This document shows, one piece after another, positions 53,001 to 61,746 of a stretch of DNA of 64,000 nt. The stretch spans positions 160,001 through 224,000 of IMG/VR virus record IMGVR_UViG_3300045988_179268. The stretch is one strand, 5' to 3'. Each line of letters begins with the position of its first letter. The stretch's first letter is position 1. The position numbers were made by a program, and so were the translations under genes. A model generated the notes under the pieces. That model saw nothing but the letters and a program-made list of their open reading frames with translations. It was not told the DNA's origin and made no database searches. This DNA comes from a virus.

Positions 53001-53597
53001 ATGCGTGCAGACAAGACGCTCACCCGCATCAATGAACTGGAAGCCGCCCTCTGGGATGAAATCACCAGCGAGTCCACTTTGTGCGACCAGTACGGTCTTA
53101 TCCCTAATCCCACCCGCGTCGAACAGCTGAACAGCACCGCTAAGGTAAGCCGTGAAGTGGCACAGGCGCAAGGATTCGACGTATTGGGTGAAAATGTGGC
53201 AGGCGTGCTACTCTGGTTCCTCGGCAGTATCATTGCCCCCATTGCAACCCTACTACTTATCCTCGTGTCACCCTATTCGCTCATCCCGGTAGTTCTTATT
53301 CATGTTTGGGCGCGATATGTCCACAAGGTAGTGAACGCAAGCTCACTCATGGGCGCTATCCTGTTCGTGCGCGGCACCACCGAAGAAGATAAAGACATCG
53401 ACAAGATGTTTATCGGCGGCATTTGCGCCGCATTTGCCCTCCACGTCGTCACGGCGCTTTTCTTCATTGGCTGGAGTCCGGTAATCAGTACCGCACATAT
53501 GCTCCTGTGGTTGTCTGTGCCGCTACTGGTACTGGAAATCATTGGTTTGATTGGTGCTAAGGTAATGGCTGTTCGTGACCGTAAGGCAACCGACTAG
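53001..53597 (+). CDS. membrane protein, 198 aa; counterpart of 7789-8337
   Basis: N-terminal helix plus 4 or more TM segments. Confidence 0.7.
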   Translation: MRADKTLTRINELEAALWDEITSESTLCDQYGLIPNPTRVEQLNSTAKVSREVAQAQGFDVLGENVAGVLLWFLGSIIAPIATLLLILVSPYSLIPVVLIHVWARYVHKVVNASSLMGAILFVRGTTEEDKDIDKMFIGGICAAFALHVVTALFFIGWSPVISTAHMLLWLSVPLLVLEIIGLIGAKVMAVRDRKATD

Positions 53598-53620
53598 TCA
53601 CGTAGTGACATGCCCTTAAC

Positions 53621-53694
53621 AAAAAGTTAGGTTGAAAGTGTTCCTCTTCCGATATGGGAGAAATAACACTTTCAACCTAACTTTTTTCTTTTAT
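53621..53694 (+). terminator. 22-bp hairpin plus T-run terminator
   Basis: AAAAAGTTAGGTTGAAAGTGTT / AACACTTTCAACCTAACTTTTT followed by TCTTTT. Confidence 0.85.
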
Positions 53695-53704
53695 TGAGGG
53701 GCAT

Positions 53705-54278
53705 ATGGGCGCTACTGACGTTATTGTTCAGATTCTAGGTCTTGGCGTAAGCGTTGGGCTTTGCTTCATGGGGTATGTTGGCAGGGGGGGGGGTGAGGTA
53801 TATTTCTGTCTATACGGCGACCCTTACTGCTATCCAGTCAATTCTTCTAAATCAGCCCGCCGTACTAGCAATGAACCTTGTGAATTTGCTCTACTACACG
53901 GCTACTCTCTTTGAAGGTAAATTCCCTTTTCTTGAAAAGGCGGGTTACCGGGTTGCCGCAATTTCAATATCTTTAGGAACGGCGGCATACGTCCAGTATG
54001 TTGTTTTGGGGTGGGGCTTCTTCTCACCTGGTACTTTAGCGATTCTTGGGGGCGCTACGGGGTTGTTGATGGTTATCGCGCATAGTTTCGCCGCACTTAA
54101 GACATATACGGTTCTGAATGTTATCTGCTGGTCGTCATACTGTATTGTTGTTGGTAGTTTTGGGAATCTGGTAGGCAACGCATTTGTCCTTATTGGAGTA
54201 GCTATTTCGGTTTGGAAACACGTTAAAGCGAGACGTTGCGCCACAGAATCGAGAACCAGCATGTCAGAACAGCTTTAA
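53705..54278 (+). pseudogene. membrane-protein gene split by a frameshift at a G10 tract (phase-variable, pseudogene, or homopolymer sequencing error)
   Basis: The ATG 53705 frame (MGATDVIVQILGLGVSVGLCFMGYVGRGG) stops at 53914. The +1 frame continues the TM protein from the tract to 54278. G9 would fuse the two. Confidence 0.6.
53784..53793 (+). repeat. G10 homopolymer tract
   Basis: Counted directly: GCA GGGGGGGGGG TGAGG. Confidence 0.95.
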
Positions 54279-54281
54279 ACC

Positions 54282-54292
54282 TGTGGTATAAT
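54282..54292 (+). promoter_or_regulatory. extended -10 promoter motif (TGTGGTATAAT)
   Basis: TTAAACCTGTGGTATAATATT. Confidence 0.7.
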
Positions 54293-54330
54293 ATTCATAT
54301 ATATTGACAATCAACTTTGGAGGATGCCTC

Positions 54331-54657
54331 ATGGCAACTATTGATATTGATTCACTATTCGGAGTGGTAGACATTGACAATGTGGCTATCCGGGTTTTTG
54401 AAGAACCTGCCCAGGAGCCTGAGATGTGGGGTAAGCAGACCTTGCATCACTACCACATCGAAGTTATTAACAACGCTACTGGAGAGCCTATTGGTGGTGA
54501 AATCTCTACCGTAATGCCGCTGACAGCTTCTCTAGCGACCTGTTCTGATGATACTGTACGCTGGCTCGTCGGTGAGCAGATTAGCCTCCTAGAGGGCGGT
54601 CTGACGGATGACAGCATCGACGCTCTTGTTGGCGGACTCGACGTAGTTCGAGAATAA
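54331..54657 (+). CDS. small acidic protein, about 108 aa
   Basis: ATG (MATIDIDS) behind GGAGGA. Confidence 0.7.
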   Translation: MATIDIDSLFGVVDIDNVAIRVFEEPAQEPEMWGKQTLHHYHIEVINNATGEPIGGEISTVMPLTASLATCSDDTVRWLVGEQISLLEGGLTDDSIDALVGGLDVVRE

Positions 54658-54663
54658 AACATT

Positions 54664-54706
54664 AAGTGAGTCACAATATAAATAATATTGCGGCTCACTT
54701 TTTCTT
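54664..54706 (+). terminator. rho-independent terminator
   Basis: AAGTGAG / CTCACTT followed by TTTCTTT. Confidence 0.6.
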
Positions 54707-54740
54707 TACGTTCAACACAACAAAACGGAGTTTTTAGAAA

Positions 54741-55271
54741 ATGCACCCAGAGGAACTACAAAGTCGCATCTCAACCCCAACTCTCGCTATCGGAGACGGA
54801 TTACTCCTCTTCCTACACGTATCAAGAAACACCCTAAAACCGCAACTATACAGAATCAGTGAAATAACAACGGGCGACAGATTCAAAGCAACGGCGGCAG
54901 ATAATAGCGACACTACTATTACTGGAACTTTGAGAAATGGCGACATAAAAGACATTGCAGGAGACGTAGACCCCTTATCTGTCCAGTATGCGCTGAATGT
55001 TGGCGGCAAGGTCAGCCAAACAGCCCTAGAGCCATACACTCCAGATGGAGAAGAGACGGTTCTACACCTATACCGACTGGGCGACACCTACACCCCACCT
55101 GACGGCAAACCCACAAGGATTAAAGCAATTTACGACTATGGACTTATCGCCTTAGATGACGGGGAGTTAGTTATGGATGAAGAACTACGCGAAGACGTAG
55201 AACACGACATTAACCTAAATACTATTGCCCCGCAAGAAATTTTAATGCCCCGATTGGCTGGGAACATATAA
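54741..55271 (+). CDS. hypothetical protein, 176 aa, GDGLL N-terminal motif
   Basis: LAIGDGLLLFLHV resembles the start of 55340-56278 and of the GD family. Confidence 0.65.
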   Translation: MHPEELQSRISTPTLAIGDGLLLFLHVSRNTLKPQLYRISEITTGDRFKATAADNSDTTITGTLRNGDIKDIAGDVDPLSVQYALNVGGKVSQTALEPYTPDGEETVLHLYRLGDTYTPPDGKPTRIKAIYDYGLIALDDGELVMDEELREDVEHDINLNTIAPQEILMPRLAGNI

Positions 55272-55274
55272 ACA

Positions 55275-55285
55275 CATGGTACTAT
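55275..55285 (+). promoter_or_regulatory. extended -10-like motif (CATGGTACTAT)
   Basis: TGGTACTAT upstream of ORF 55340. Confidence 0.45.
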
Positions 55286-55339
55286 AGAAGTGACAGCGCA
55301 GAAACACTGCGACATACAACTAAAAGGAAAATAAATCCG

Positions 55340-56278
55340 ATGACTATTCAGCCTGGCGACGGACTGCTCGCCATCTACGAACTCGATAAGAGTGACCAGC
55401 CTGATACTCCTACTATCGACGGCGACCTTGTAGATTTGCAAGAGGTGCTTGACCGCCTCGAAACTCACAAAGCAACACTTCTTAAGGTTACCGACGTTCA
55501 TAAAGAGGGTTGGGGAGCAAAGACCATTGCTGTAAGCGACAATGATAAAATTGTCACCTATGCCTACAATAATGGTGAGAACAAGCTTGTTGCAGTGGAC
55601 GGCGAACCAGCGCTAGAAGGCACCGTTGGTGAACCTGTTACCCTAATCCATTTAGGTCCCCCACTCCCTTTCCACACCCCACTCTCTGAGGAGCTGTACC
55701 TGCCTGAGGTGCTTGTGCGTTGGTGGAGTCCCGACGCTAAGCCTGGTAACACTCAGACTGCGCCCATCACCAATGCTTATAAGGATGTTTGCACTGTCTC
55801 CGGCGTGCCGGGGATTCTTGCCTCTGGTCCGCTTCGCGAGTTTATTTACGGAATTATTGGCAATGACACTCATGTTGTGAATCTGAATGCGCGAAGCCGA
55901 TATATCCCTATTCCTGGAAGTTCAGCTGTGGCTCTTGATGCGGTGGAACAGGCGGATGGATGGCGTGACCTACTTAATCTAGTCATGGATGTGCGCGACA
56001 TCTCCTATGAGGATGATTACTCTTTCCTGTTAGATGACTTCTATGCGGCTCACAGCAATGTGGAAGGCGCACCTTATGGCAGGCTTGAGGCAGAAATCGT
56101 TGCAGGATACCTTGACAATGTTCGCGTATCCCTTGAGGCACTATCAGAGAAATTGCCCCAACTTGTTTCTGTAATCAATGAGCAGGTTAAGTATCTCGAA
56201 CACACCCATAAGTTCAACCTTAATGATGACTCTGTAGAGGTTGAGGGAAATGAAGATGCCGAAGAGGTCAGTCGGTAA
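55340..56278 (+). CDS. hypothetical protein, 312 aa, GDGLL N-terminal motif
   Basis: SD AAAGGAA; MTIQPGDGLLAIYEL. Confidence 0.7.
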   Translation: MTIQPGDGLLAIYELDKSDQPDTPTIDGDLVDLQEVLDRLETHKATLLKVTDVHKEGWGAKTIAVSDNDKIVTYAYNNGENKLVAVDGEPALEGTVGEPVTLIHLGPPLPFHTPLSEELYLPEVLVRWWSPDAKPGNTQTAPITNAYKDVCTVSGVPGILASGPLREFIYGIIGNDTHVVNLNARSRYIPIPGSSAVALDAVEQADGWRDLLNLVMDVRDISYEDDYSFLLDDFYAAHSNVEGAPYGRLEAEIVAGYLDNVRVSLEALSEKLPQLVSVINEQVKYLEHTHKFNLNDDSVEVEGNEDAEEVSR

Positions 56279-56296
56279 TTAAATTAAGCGTTCGAT

Positions 56297-56338
56297 GTGG
56301 CGGTTTGTTATGAATGTGGTTTCATGACAAACCGCCAC
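56297..56338 (+). terminator. 12-bp hairpin terminator
   Basis: GTGGCGGTTTGT / ACAAACCGCCAC. Confidence 0.65.
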
Positions 56339-56366
56339 TGTCTTGTATTATGCGATGCTTTAAAAA

Positions 56367-56377
56367 TGTGGTACAAT
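56367..56377 (+). promoter_or_regulatory. extended -10 promoter motif (TGTGGTACAAT)
   Basis: TTAAAAATGTGGTACAATTTATT. Confidence 0.7.
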
Positions 56378-56412
56378 TTATTAGTTAAGATTTTCCTATT
56401 GAAAGGCAAGAC

Positions 56413-57981
56413 ATGCGACACATGTACTTCCTCACAGGGGCACCTGGTTCTGGTAAGAGTACTTACGTCAAGAATGTAATTAAGCGACACAAACTGGGTC
56501 GCGTCATCTCCTGGGATGACTACCGCAATCGTTTCCGTGACCCTCACAATGATGAAACCTACGACATCCCCGTATATGCCGAAGAAGACGGGGTTGCTGT
56601 AGAAACCAGTGTGAAGCCACTCACCAAGGCGCAAGAAAAGATGGCAATCGACATCTCCTATATGGAAACTGAAATGCATGTACGCAACGGTGAAACCATC
56701 TTCATTGATAACACCAACACCAAGGTTCGCAATATGCGCGGCTTCCTCGACCTTGCGGAACGGTACGCCTACAAGGTATGGTTCATCGACATTCAGGGCG
56801 ACCAGACCCTAGAGCAGATTCTTGAACAGAACGCTTACCGCACCGGATACAAGCGAGTCTCTGATGAAATTGTGTCCAACATGCACGCACAGAACATTGA
56901 GCTACGTGCGAACTGGCGCAACATCTTCCAGGACAAGGATAACGTCAAGGGGTATATTGCCCCTGATGCCCTCATTGATAATCTCAAATCCTACGTGAAC
57001 TTCCAGAAGCCTGTTCGTTCACTCACTATGGGCACAGACTTTGGCAGGCAATACGAGCGAGTATGCATCTTTGGCGACGTTCAGGGAATGGGCGACACTC
57101 TAGAAGCCGCAATCCATAGCCTTTCACCTGACAAGGGGCTACACGACATGAGCACCCTTTGGATTTTCATTGGCGACCTGTTCGACCGAGGCAACAACCC
57201 CGTCAAGGTGGCAGAACTTGTACTACCTCACCTGCTTAACAACGCCCGCAACGTGAAGCTCATCAACGGCAACCACGAGTCGCAGGTACTTAACGCATAC
57301 GCAGGCGCTAACACCAATAAAGACACCCTGGACACTATTCGGGCACTTAGGGCGGCTGGGTATGGAGATGCCTGGGTCAAGACGGCTTTAACTGAGGCAC
57401 TACCCGCCGCCGAGCTTCGCCTCGACAGTGTAGATGAAGACGGTAGTATCTACAGCAAGTACCTGTACCTAACCCACGCGGGCGCACACCCGAAACTACA
57501 CGTCGATTCACTACACATCAAGGAGAATGGTTCCGGTAGGGGCAACCCCTACGGTAGCATCTACCGCTTACCTCTCAAGTATTGGGAAACCGGCTATAGT
57601 GACATTGAAGACTTCCGATACGGGTACAGCACCTACAAAGGTTGGGCTGAACCCCTCAACGACCTCTATGCTAAGGCGACCCGCCTGCACGTAGAGAACG
57701 GTGGGCACCCCAAGAGTGAACTTGTCGCAGTGTGTGGGCACCGTGGCGGATACGGCGACCCTGCACAGTACTCGAACCTTATTCCCCTGGAGTCCGAGGT
57801 AGAGTACGAGGGTGGCTCCCTTAGCGTTGCGGTATTTACCGCCCGCAAGGTGAAGCCTGTCACCTTTGGCTATCGGAAGACTTTTAAGCATGTTTGGGAT
57901 TATGAGCGACGCGAATACCCAGGCAATAGTGATGCTGAAAGGTTCTGGGTTTCCACTTCGGAGAAGCGCCAGAGCAAATAG
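56413..57981 (+). CDS. bifunctional P-loop (polynucleotide-)kinase / calcineurin-like metallophosphatase fusion (Pnkp-like), 522 aa
   Basis: Walker A FLTGAPGSGKST at the N-terminus. Metallophosphoesterase motifs IFGDVQGMGD, GDLFDRGN, NGNHE, LTHAG, CGHRG in the C-terminal half. Confidence 0.8.
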   Translation: MRHMYFLTGAPGSGKSTYVKNVIKRHKLGRVISWDDYRNRFRDPHNDETYDIPVYAEEDGVAVETSVKPLTKAQEKMAIDISYMETEMHVRNGETIFIDNTNTKVRNMRGFLDLAERYAYKVWFIDIQGDQTLEQILEQNAYRTGYKRVSDEIVSNMHAQNIELRANWRNIFQDKDNVKGYIAPDALIDNLKSYVNFQKPVRSLTMGTDFGRQYERVCIFGDVQGMGDTLEAAIHSLSPDKGLHDMSTLWIFIGDLFDRGNNPVKVAELVLPHLLNNARNVKLINGNHESQVLNAYAGANTNKDTLDTIRALRAAGYGDAWVKTALTEALPAAELRLDSVDEDGSIYSKYLYLTHAGAHPKLHVDSLHIKENGSGRGNPYGSIYRLPLKYWETGYSDIEDFRYGYSTYKGWAEPLNDLYAKATRLHVENGGHPKSELVAVCGHRGGYGDPAQYSNLIPLESEVEYEGGSLSVAVFTARKVKPVTFGYRKTFKHVWDYERREYPGNSDAERFWVSTSEKRQSK

Positions 57982-58064
57982 GTGTATGTGCGGTGCTTGC
58001 CGCCTCGAAATGTTGTGCTAATCACAATATGGTAAGCACCCGCATTACACCATCAGCACTTAGA

Positions 58065-58075
58065 TGTGATACACT
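58065..58075 (+). promoter_or_regulatory. extended -10 promoter motif (TGTGATACACT)
   Basis: Inside the ORF-track N-terminus of 57993-59183. Confidence 0.6.
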
Positions 58076-58112
58076 TGATAATGACCAGCCAGCACTACGA
58101 AAGGAAACCCCT

Positions 58113-59183
58113 TTGGCTACTGTAAAGACTTATGAACTGACCGTCCAGCACGAGCGTGTCGATGGCAACCCTAAGGCAAATCACACCTTCACCTATGAGG
58201 GTACCCTCCAGCAGATTGCAGACCAGATTCGTGAAGACGTGAACCGCGTCTCCAGCGTAGACGATGTACCCGCTATTACCGAACCGCTGGATAAGACCGA
58301 CAATATCCACATGACCAACAACTACATCAACCTGGAAACTCAGGTTGTGGCGCATAACAGCGAACTACATGTCTGGTTTACCGATGTTGCGGACATTAAT
58401 CCTGACCTGCTGACCTCCAAGACTCGAACCCTTATGGAGAAGATTCCTTCCAGCATCTTCCAGCCTTACGATATTTGGAACCTTATTGATTCTGAGCGTC
58501 GTGGCGATTCCAAGGTTCCCGGCGAGTCCATTCGCAAGATGGCAGAAGTTGTCGCCGCCGCCGCAACCGTTGTTACACATGCTGAGGCGATGCCGCTGAC
58601 CCCGAAGAACCTTGTTAGCTACGCTCAGGTGATGTATGATGAGTACTTCTTTGACGCGGCAGGGCGCGGTATCACGACTGCATCTATCGAGTTCCTGGGT
58701 AAGGAAAAGGTGAAGAAGGAAGCGTCTAATGATGCTGAGGAAGAAGCTCCTTCTCACGATATTGCAGATGAGATGCTTGAAGACTTCCTACTTGGCTCTC
58801 TGGGCAACCTCTTCTCTTCCTTGCTGGACGACAAGGACTCCGAGGAAGGTGACTCTGAATGCGGCGATTGCGACTGTGGCGAGGTGCCGGACTTCATTTT
58901 CTCCAAGATTGCAGAATTTGCTAAGCAGTTCGGTGGTTCTGTTGATGGTGAAGACTGTGACTGTGAGTCCGAGGAAGACTGCCGCCCGGACGTGAAGTCT
59001 TTCCTGGACGCAATGTTTGCTACTGAGGAAGACGAGGAGCCTTGTAACGAGTGCCCTGCCAAGGAGTCAGGTTGCGAAAAGGGCTCTGAGGATACTGAGC
59101 ACCGCTATGTTGTGGTTGGCTCCTGCGACTCCCTTAAGAACTTGGACAACCTGGCAGATGCCCTGGATAAGCTTGACATCTAG
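58113..59183 (+). CDS. acidic protein with Cys/Asp/Glu-rich C-terminal region, about 356 aa, TTG start
   Basis: TTG 8 nt after GAAAGG, downstream of the promoter. C-terminus has DSECGDCDCGE, GEDCDCESEEDC, EPCNECPAKESGC. Confidence 0.55.
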   Translation: MATVKTYELTVQHERVDGNPKANHTFTYEGTLQQIADQIREDVNRVSSVDDVPAITEPLDKTDNIHMTNNYINLETQVVAHNSELHVWFTDVADINPDLLTSKTRTLMEKIPSSIFQPYDIWNLIDSERRGDSKVPGESIRKMAEVVAAAATVVTHAEAMPLTPKNLVSYAQVMYDEYFFDAAGRGITTASIEFLGKEKVKKEASNDAEEEAPSHDIADEMLEDFLLGSLGNLFSSLLDDKDSEEGDSECGDCDCGEVPDFIFSKIAEFAKQFGGSVDGEDCDCESEEDCRPDVKSFLDAMFATEEDEEPCNECPAKESGCEKGSEDTEHRYVVVGSCDSLKNLDNLADALDKLDI

Positions 59184-59198
59184 AGTTGAGTCGTAGCG

Positions 59199-59242
59199 AA
59201 GGCGCTGTAGCGAGTAACATCTTCGCTACAGCGCCTTTCTTT
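59199..59242 (+). terminator. 15-bp hairpin plus T-run terminator
   Basis: AAGGCGCTGTAGCGA / TCGCTACAGCGCCTT followed by TCTTT. Confidence 0.8.
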
Positions 59243-59254
59243 ACCCCTCAAATA

Positions 59255-59265
59255 TGTGGTACACT
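59255..59265 (+). promoter_or_regulatory. extended -10 promoter motif (TGTGGTACACT)
   Basis: CAAATATGTGGTACACTATT. Confidence 0.7.
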
Positions 59266-59310
59266 ATTTACAGATAATTGTTAGTTTGCCTCAACCTGAA
59301 GGAGTAAGCC

Positions 59311-60438
59311 ATGAACGCATGGTCAGCAGAAGACATTAAGGCTGGCGACGTAATCCTCGCCATCAGGAACCACGATGTATACATTCACGGTGGCGGCGTA
59401 AGCAACACGCTACTCATGGCTGAAAAATTCAACAGCGAGAAGGGTGCAATCGACTGCCTCAAAGGTAGCTGGGCACTCACCAAACGCGAATGCCTCAACG
59501 ACCTCAAATCCTATGAATATGTAGGCAACGGCGATAACGTGTACGCAGAATACGTAGAACGCATTGAGCTGGCTAAGAAACTGGACAAGCTGTCCGTATG
59601 GAGCCACACCCACTATGGACGCTACTTCACCTACGCTGACCGCTCCCTCAACATTACCGACAAAGCACAGGCGGAAGCACTCAAGGCGCACCTGGCAAAA
59701 ATCAAGACCGAACTTAAAAAGGTTCGCAACTACATCCAGGAACACTACTACGCCCTCTATGTCGGAACCCTACGCGAGTGGAAGCACATAAACATTCTGG
59801 ACACTACCGGCTTCACTGGACGCATCTACGCAAGTGGTAACGCCTTCACTGAGGCAGGTATCACCGCCGGAACCATCCTAAACATCTACACCAGTAATGG
59901 TCAGTTTGAGGAGCACTTCAATATTGTTGCCCGCGTCAAATCTGCAACCAAGAAGATGCTGACCCTCACCTTTGCAAACGGATTGACCGGCACCCTCAAG
60001 GCAGGAAAGAACCTAGAGCTCACTATCGACGGTAGCCGAATGCACTTTGCCCGTGTCTACGTTGCCGGATGCGGCACCGAAAAGCAGATGCAACAGTATA
60101 TTGACGCTCTTGCCGCCGACAAGGATAATGCACTCAACGCAATCAGCCTGTATCAGAACTTCTTCCTCAGCAAGGACACCTTTATGCAGAGGTGCGTTTT
60201 TGACTATGTTGCCAGGAGCACTAAGATTAACCATGACCACAGGTGGTTGCTTGGCTTGAGTGAATACTGGCGAAAGGGTAATCTATGGGATGACTACAAC
60301 GTCGCCCACATCAACGAAATCCTAGCTGTCACCCAGGAAGTCATGGATGATGCCATGTCTAACCTAGACCGCCTAAATGCCTCCGTAAGCGAAGGATACA
60401 AGCTAATCAATAAAGTGTACGCCTTGGAGGAAAACTAA
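59311..60438 (+). CDS. two-barrel (GD-motif) family, tandem copy 1, 375 aa
   Basis: IKAGDVILAIRNHD; second barrel ITAGTILNIYTSNGQFEEHFNIVARV. Confidence 0.8.
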   Translation: MNAWSAEDIKAGDVILAIRNHDVYIHGGGVSNTLLMAEKFNSEKGAIDCLKGSWALTKRECLNDLKSYEYVGNGDNVYAEYVERIELAKKLDKLSVWSHTHYGRYFTYADRSLNITDKAQAEALKAHLAKIKTELKKVRNYIQEHYYALYVGTLREWKHINILDTTGFTGRIYASGNAFTEAGITAGTILNIYTSNGQFEEHFNIVARVKSATKKMLTLTFANGLTGTLKAGKNLELTIDGSRMHFARVYVAGCGTEKQMQQYIDALAADKDNALNAISLYQNFFLSKDTFMQRCVFDYVARSTKINHDHRWLLGLSEYWRKGNLWDDYNVAHINEILAVTQEVMDDAMSNLDRLNASVSEGYKLINKVYALEEN

Positions 60439-60453
60439 CGTCACAGTGGCGTG

Positions 60454-60493
60454 TAGGGGTGATTGAGTGGCATAAAACCTGCAATCACCCCTA
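60454..60493 (+). terminator. inter-paralog hairpin
   Basis: TAGGGGTGATTG / CAATCACCCCTA. Confidence 0.5.
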
Positions 60494-60537
60494 TGCGCAG
60501 AAACACACCTGCATATTCCACGGAAGAAGGCTCACAT

Positions 60538-61671
60538 ATGACCACCAAAGACATCCGAAACGTTACCACTGGTGACGTAATCCTCGCCACCAACAAGCTT
60601 CACGGAATGTGGTGGAACCCAGACGACGAAGTGTACTATGTTCTACGTCCCGAAGAACCCCACGACACCCGCTACAAAGGAGGTGTCACTGTAAGTGGTG
60701 AAACCGCCTACCTCTCAAACTTACCCCTCGTCAAGCTTGACGCTTGCGACGCAGAAATTGTTGGTCATGGGTATAAGGACTACGCGCATAAAGCGTTAGA
60801 GCTAAATCTGCACGAACTGCAAAAGAGCATGAACTACTCACCTAGCAACTACACTTACCCTGTGAGTAGCGTCAGAACGGAAGCTGACGTGGATAACATT
60901 GTGAACACAATGCGGAGCGACCTGAAAACCCTAGAGGGAACCCGTCAGTATCTCAACGAGAAAATGTACCCCTTCATTGAAAAGGTGGAAGCAAGTCAAG
61001 TCACATACCCTAAGCATCATGAGTTGATGAGTCTAGCCATTACACGTCTTACCGACCTAGCGGCAGAGGTGTACGAGGGCGATGTAATCATCCTCTCTGA
61101 GAAGAACCAGGAAGTTAGCCCCTACCACTCAGTAATTGTTCGCGTAGAAAGCAAGACTAATAGAACCTTTAAAGTAGCCACCCCTGACGGTATCGAAGGA
61201 ACCATTAGAAAGGGAACGGTGAACACTGTTAATGGCAGACTTCTAGATGTGACTATTGACGGCGTTACCATGCCCTGCAACTATGCGGTAATCGTCCGAC
61301 TCATCAAGCCCACTACCGAAAAAATGCAGGCGTACATTGACGCTAAGCATCAAGAGCACGCCAACATTCAGAAGCTTATCGCCGCATACCGAGACATCTT
61401 CTTCCACGAAGACACGCCTCAGTTCATTAAAGACACTTTCCAGGAATACGCCCAAGATAAGTATAGTTACACCTCGCACCAATGGACTGTAAGCCCTACT
61501 CTTAACTACCGAGCATGGGACCTTGCGGACACAAACCCCATGTTTGACATCCTCAACAGTGCGCTAAAGATTTGGGCTACCATCCTTACAGCAATCACAA
61601 ACACGGCGAGACGAATCGAATCAGCTACGGACTTTCTAAGTTATGAAGGTCAGCGGCTAATCTCCGAATAA
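60538..61671 (+). CDS. two-barrel (GD-motif) family, tandem copy 2, about 377 aa
   Basis: Start moved to MTTKDIRNVTTGDVILATNK behind GGAAGAAGG. Confidence 0.8.
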   Translation: MTTKDIRNVTTGDVILATNKLHGMWWNPDDEVYYVLRPEEPHDTRYKGGVTVSGETAYLSNLPLVKLDACDAEIVGHGYKDYAHKALELNLHELQKSMNYSPSNYTYPVSSVRTEADVDNIVNTMRSDLKTLEGTRQYLNEKMYPFIEKVEASQVTYPKHHELMSLAITRLTDLAAEVYEGDVIILSEKNQEVSPYHSVIVRVESKTNRTFKVATPDGIEGTIRKGTVNTVNGRLLDVTIDGVTMPCNYAVIVRLIKPTTEKMQAYIDAKHQEHANIQKLIAAYRDIFFHEDTPQFIKDTFQEYAQDKYSYTSHQWTVSPTLNYRAWDLADTNPMFDILNSALKIWATILTAITNTARRIESATDFLSYEGQRLISE

Positions 61672-61677
61672 ACCCCT

Positions 61678-61726
61678 GTATGGTGGCGCTAACCCTAAAT
61701 CTAGGTAAGAGTTAGTGCCACCATAC
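61678..61726 (+). terminator. inter-paralog 16-bp hairpin
   Basis: GTATGGTGGCGCTAAC / GTTAGTGCCACCATAC. Confidence 0.55.
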
Positions 61727-61746
61727 GCGACACACCAAAGGAAACC

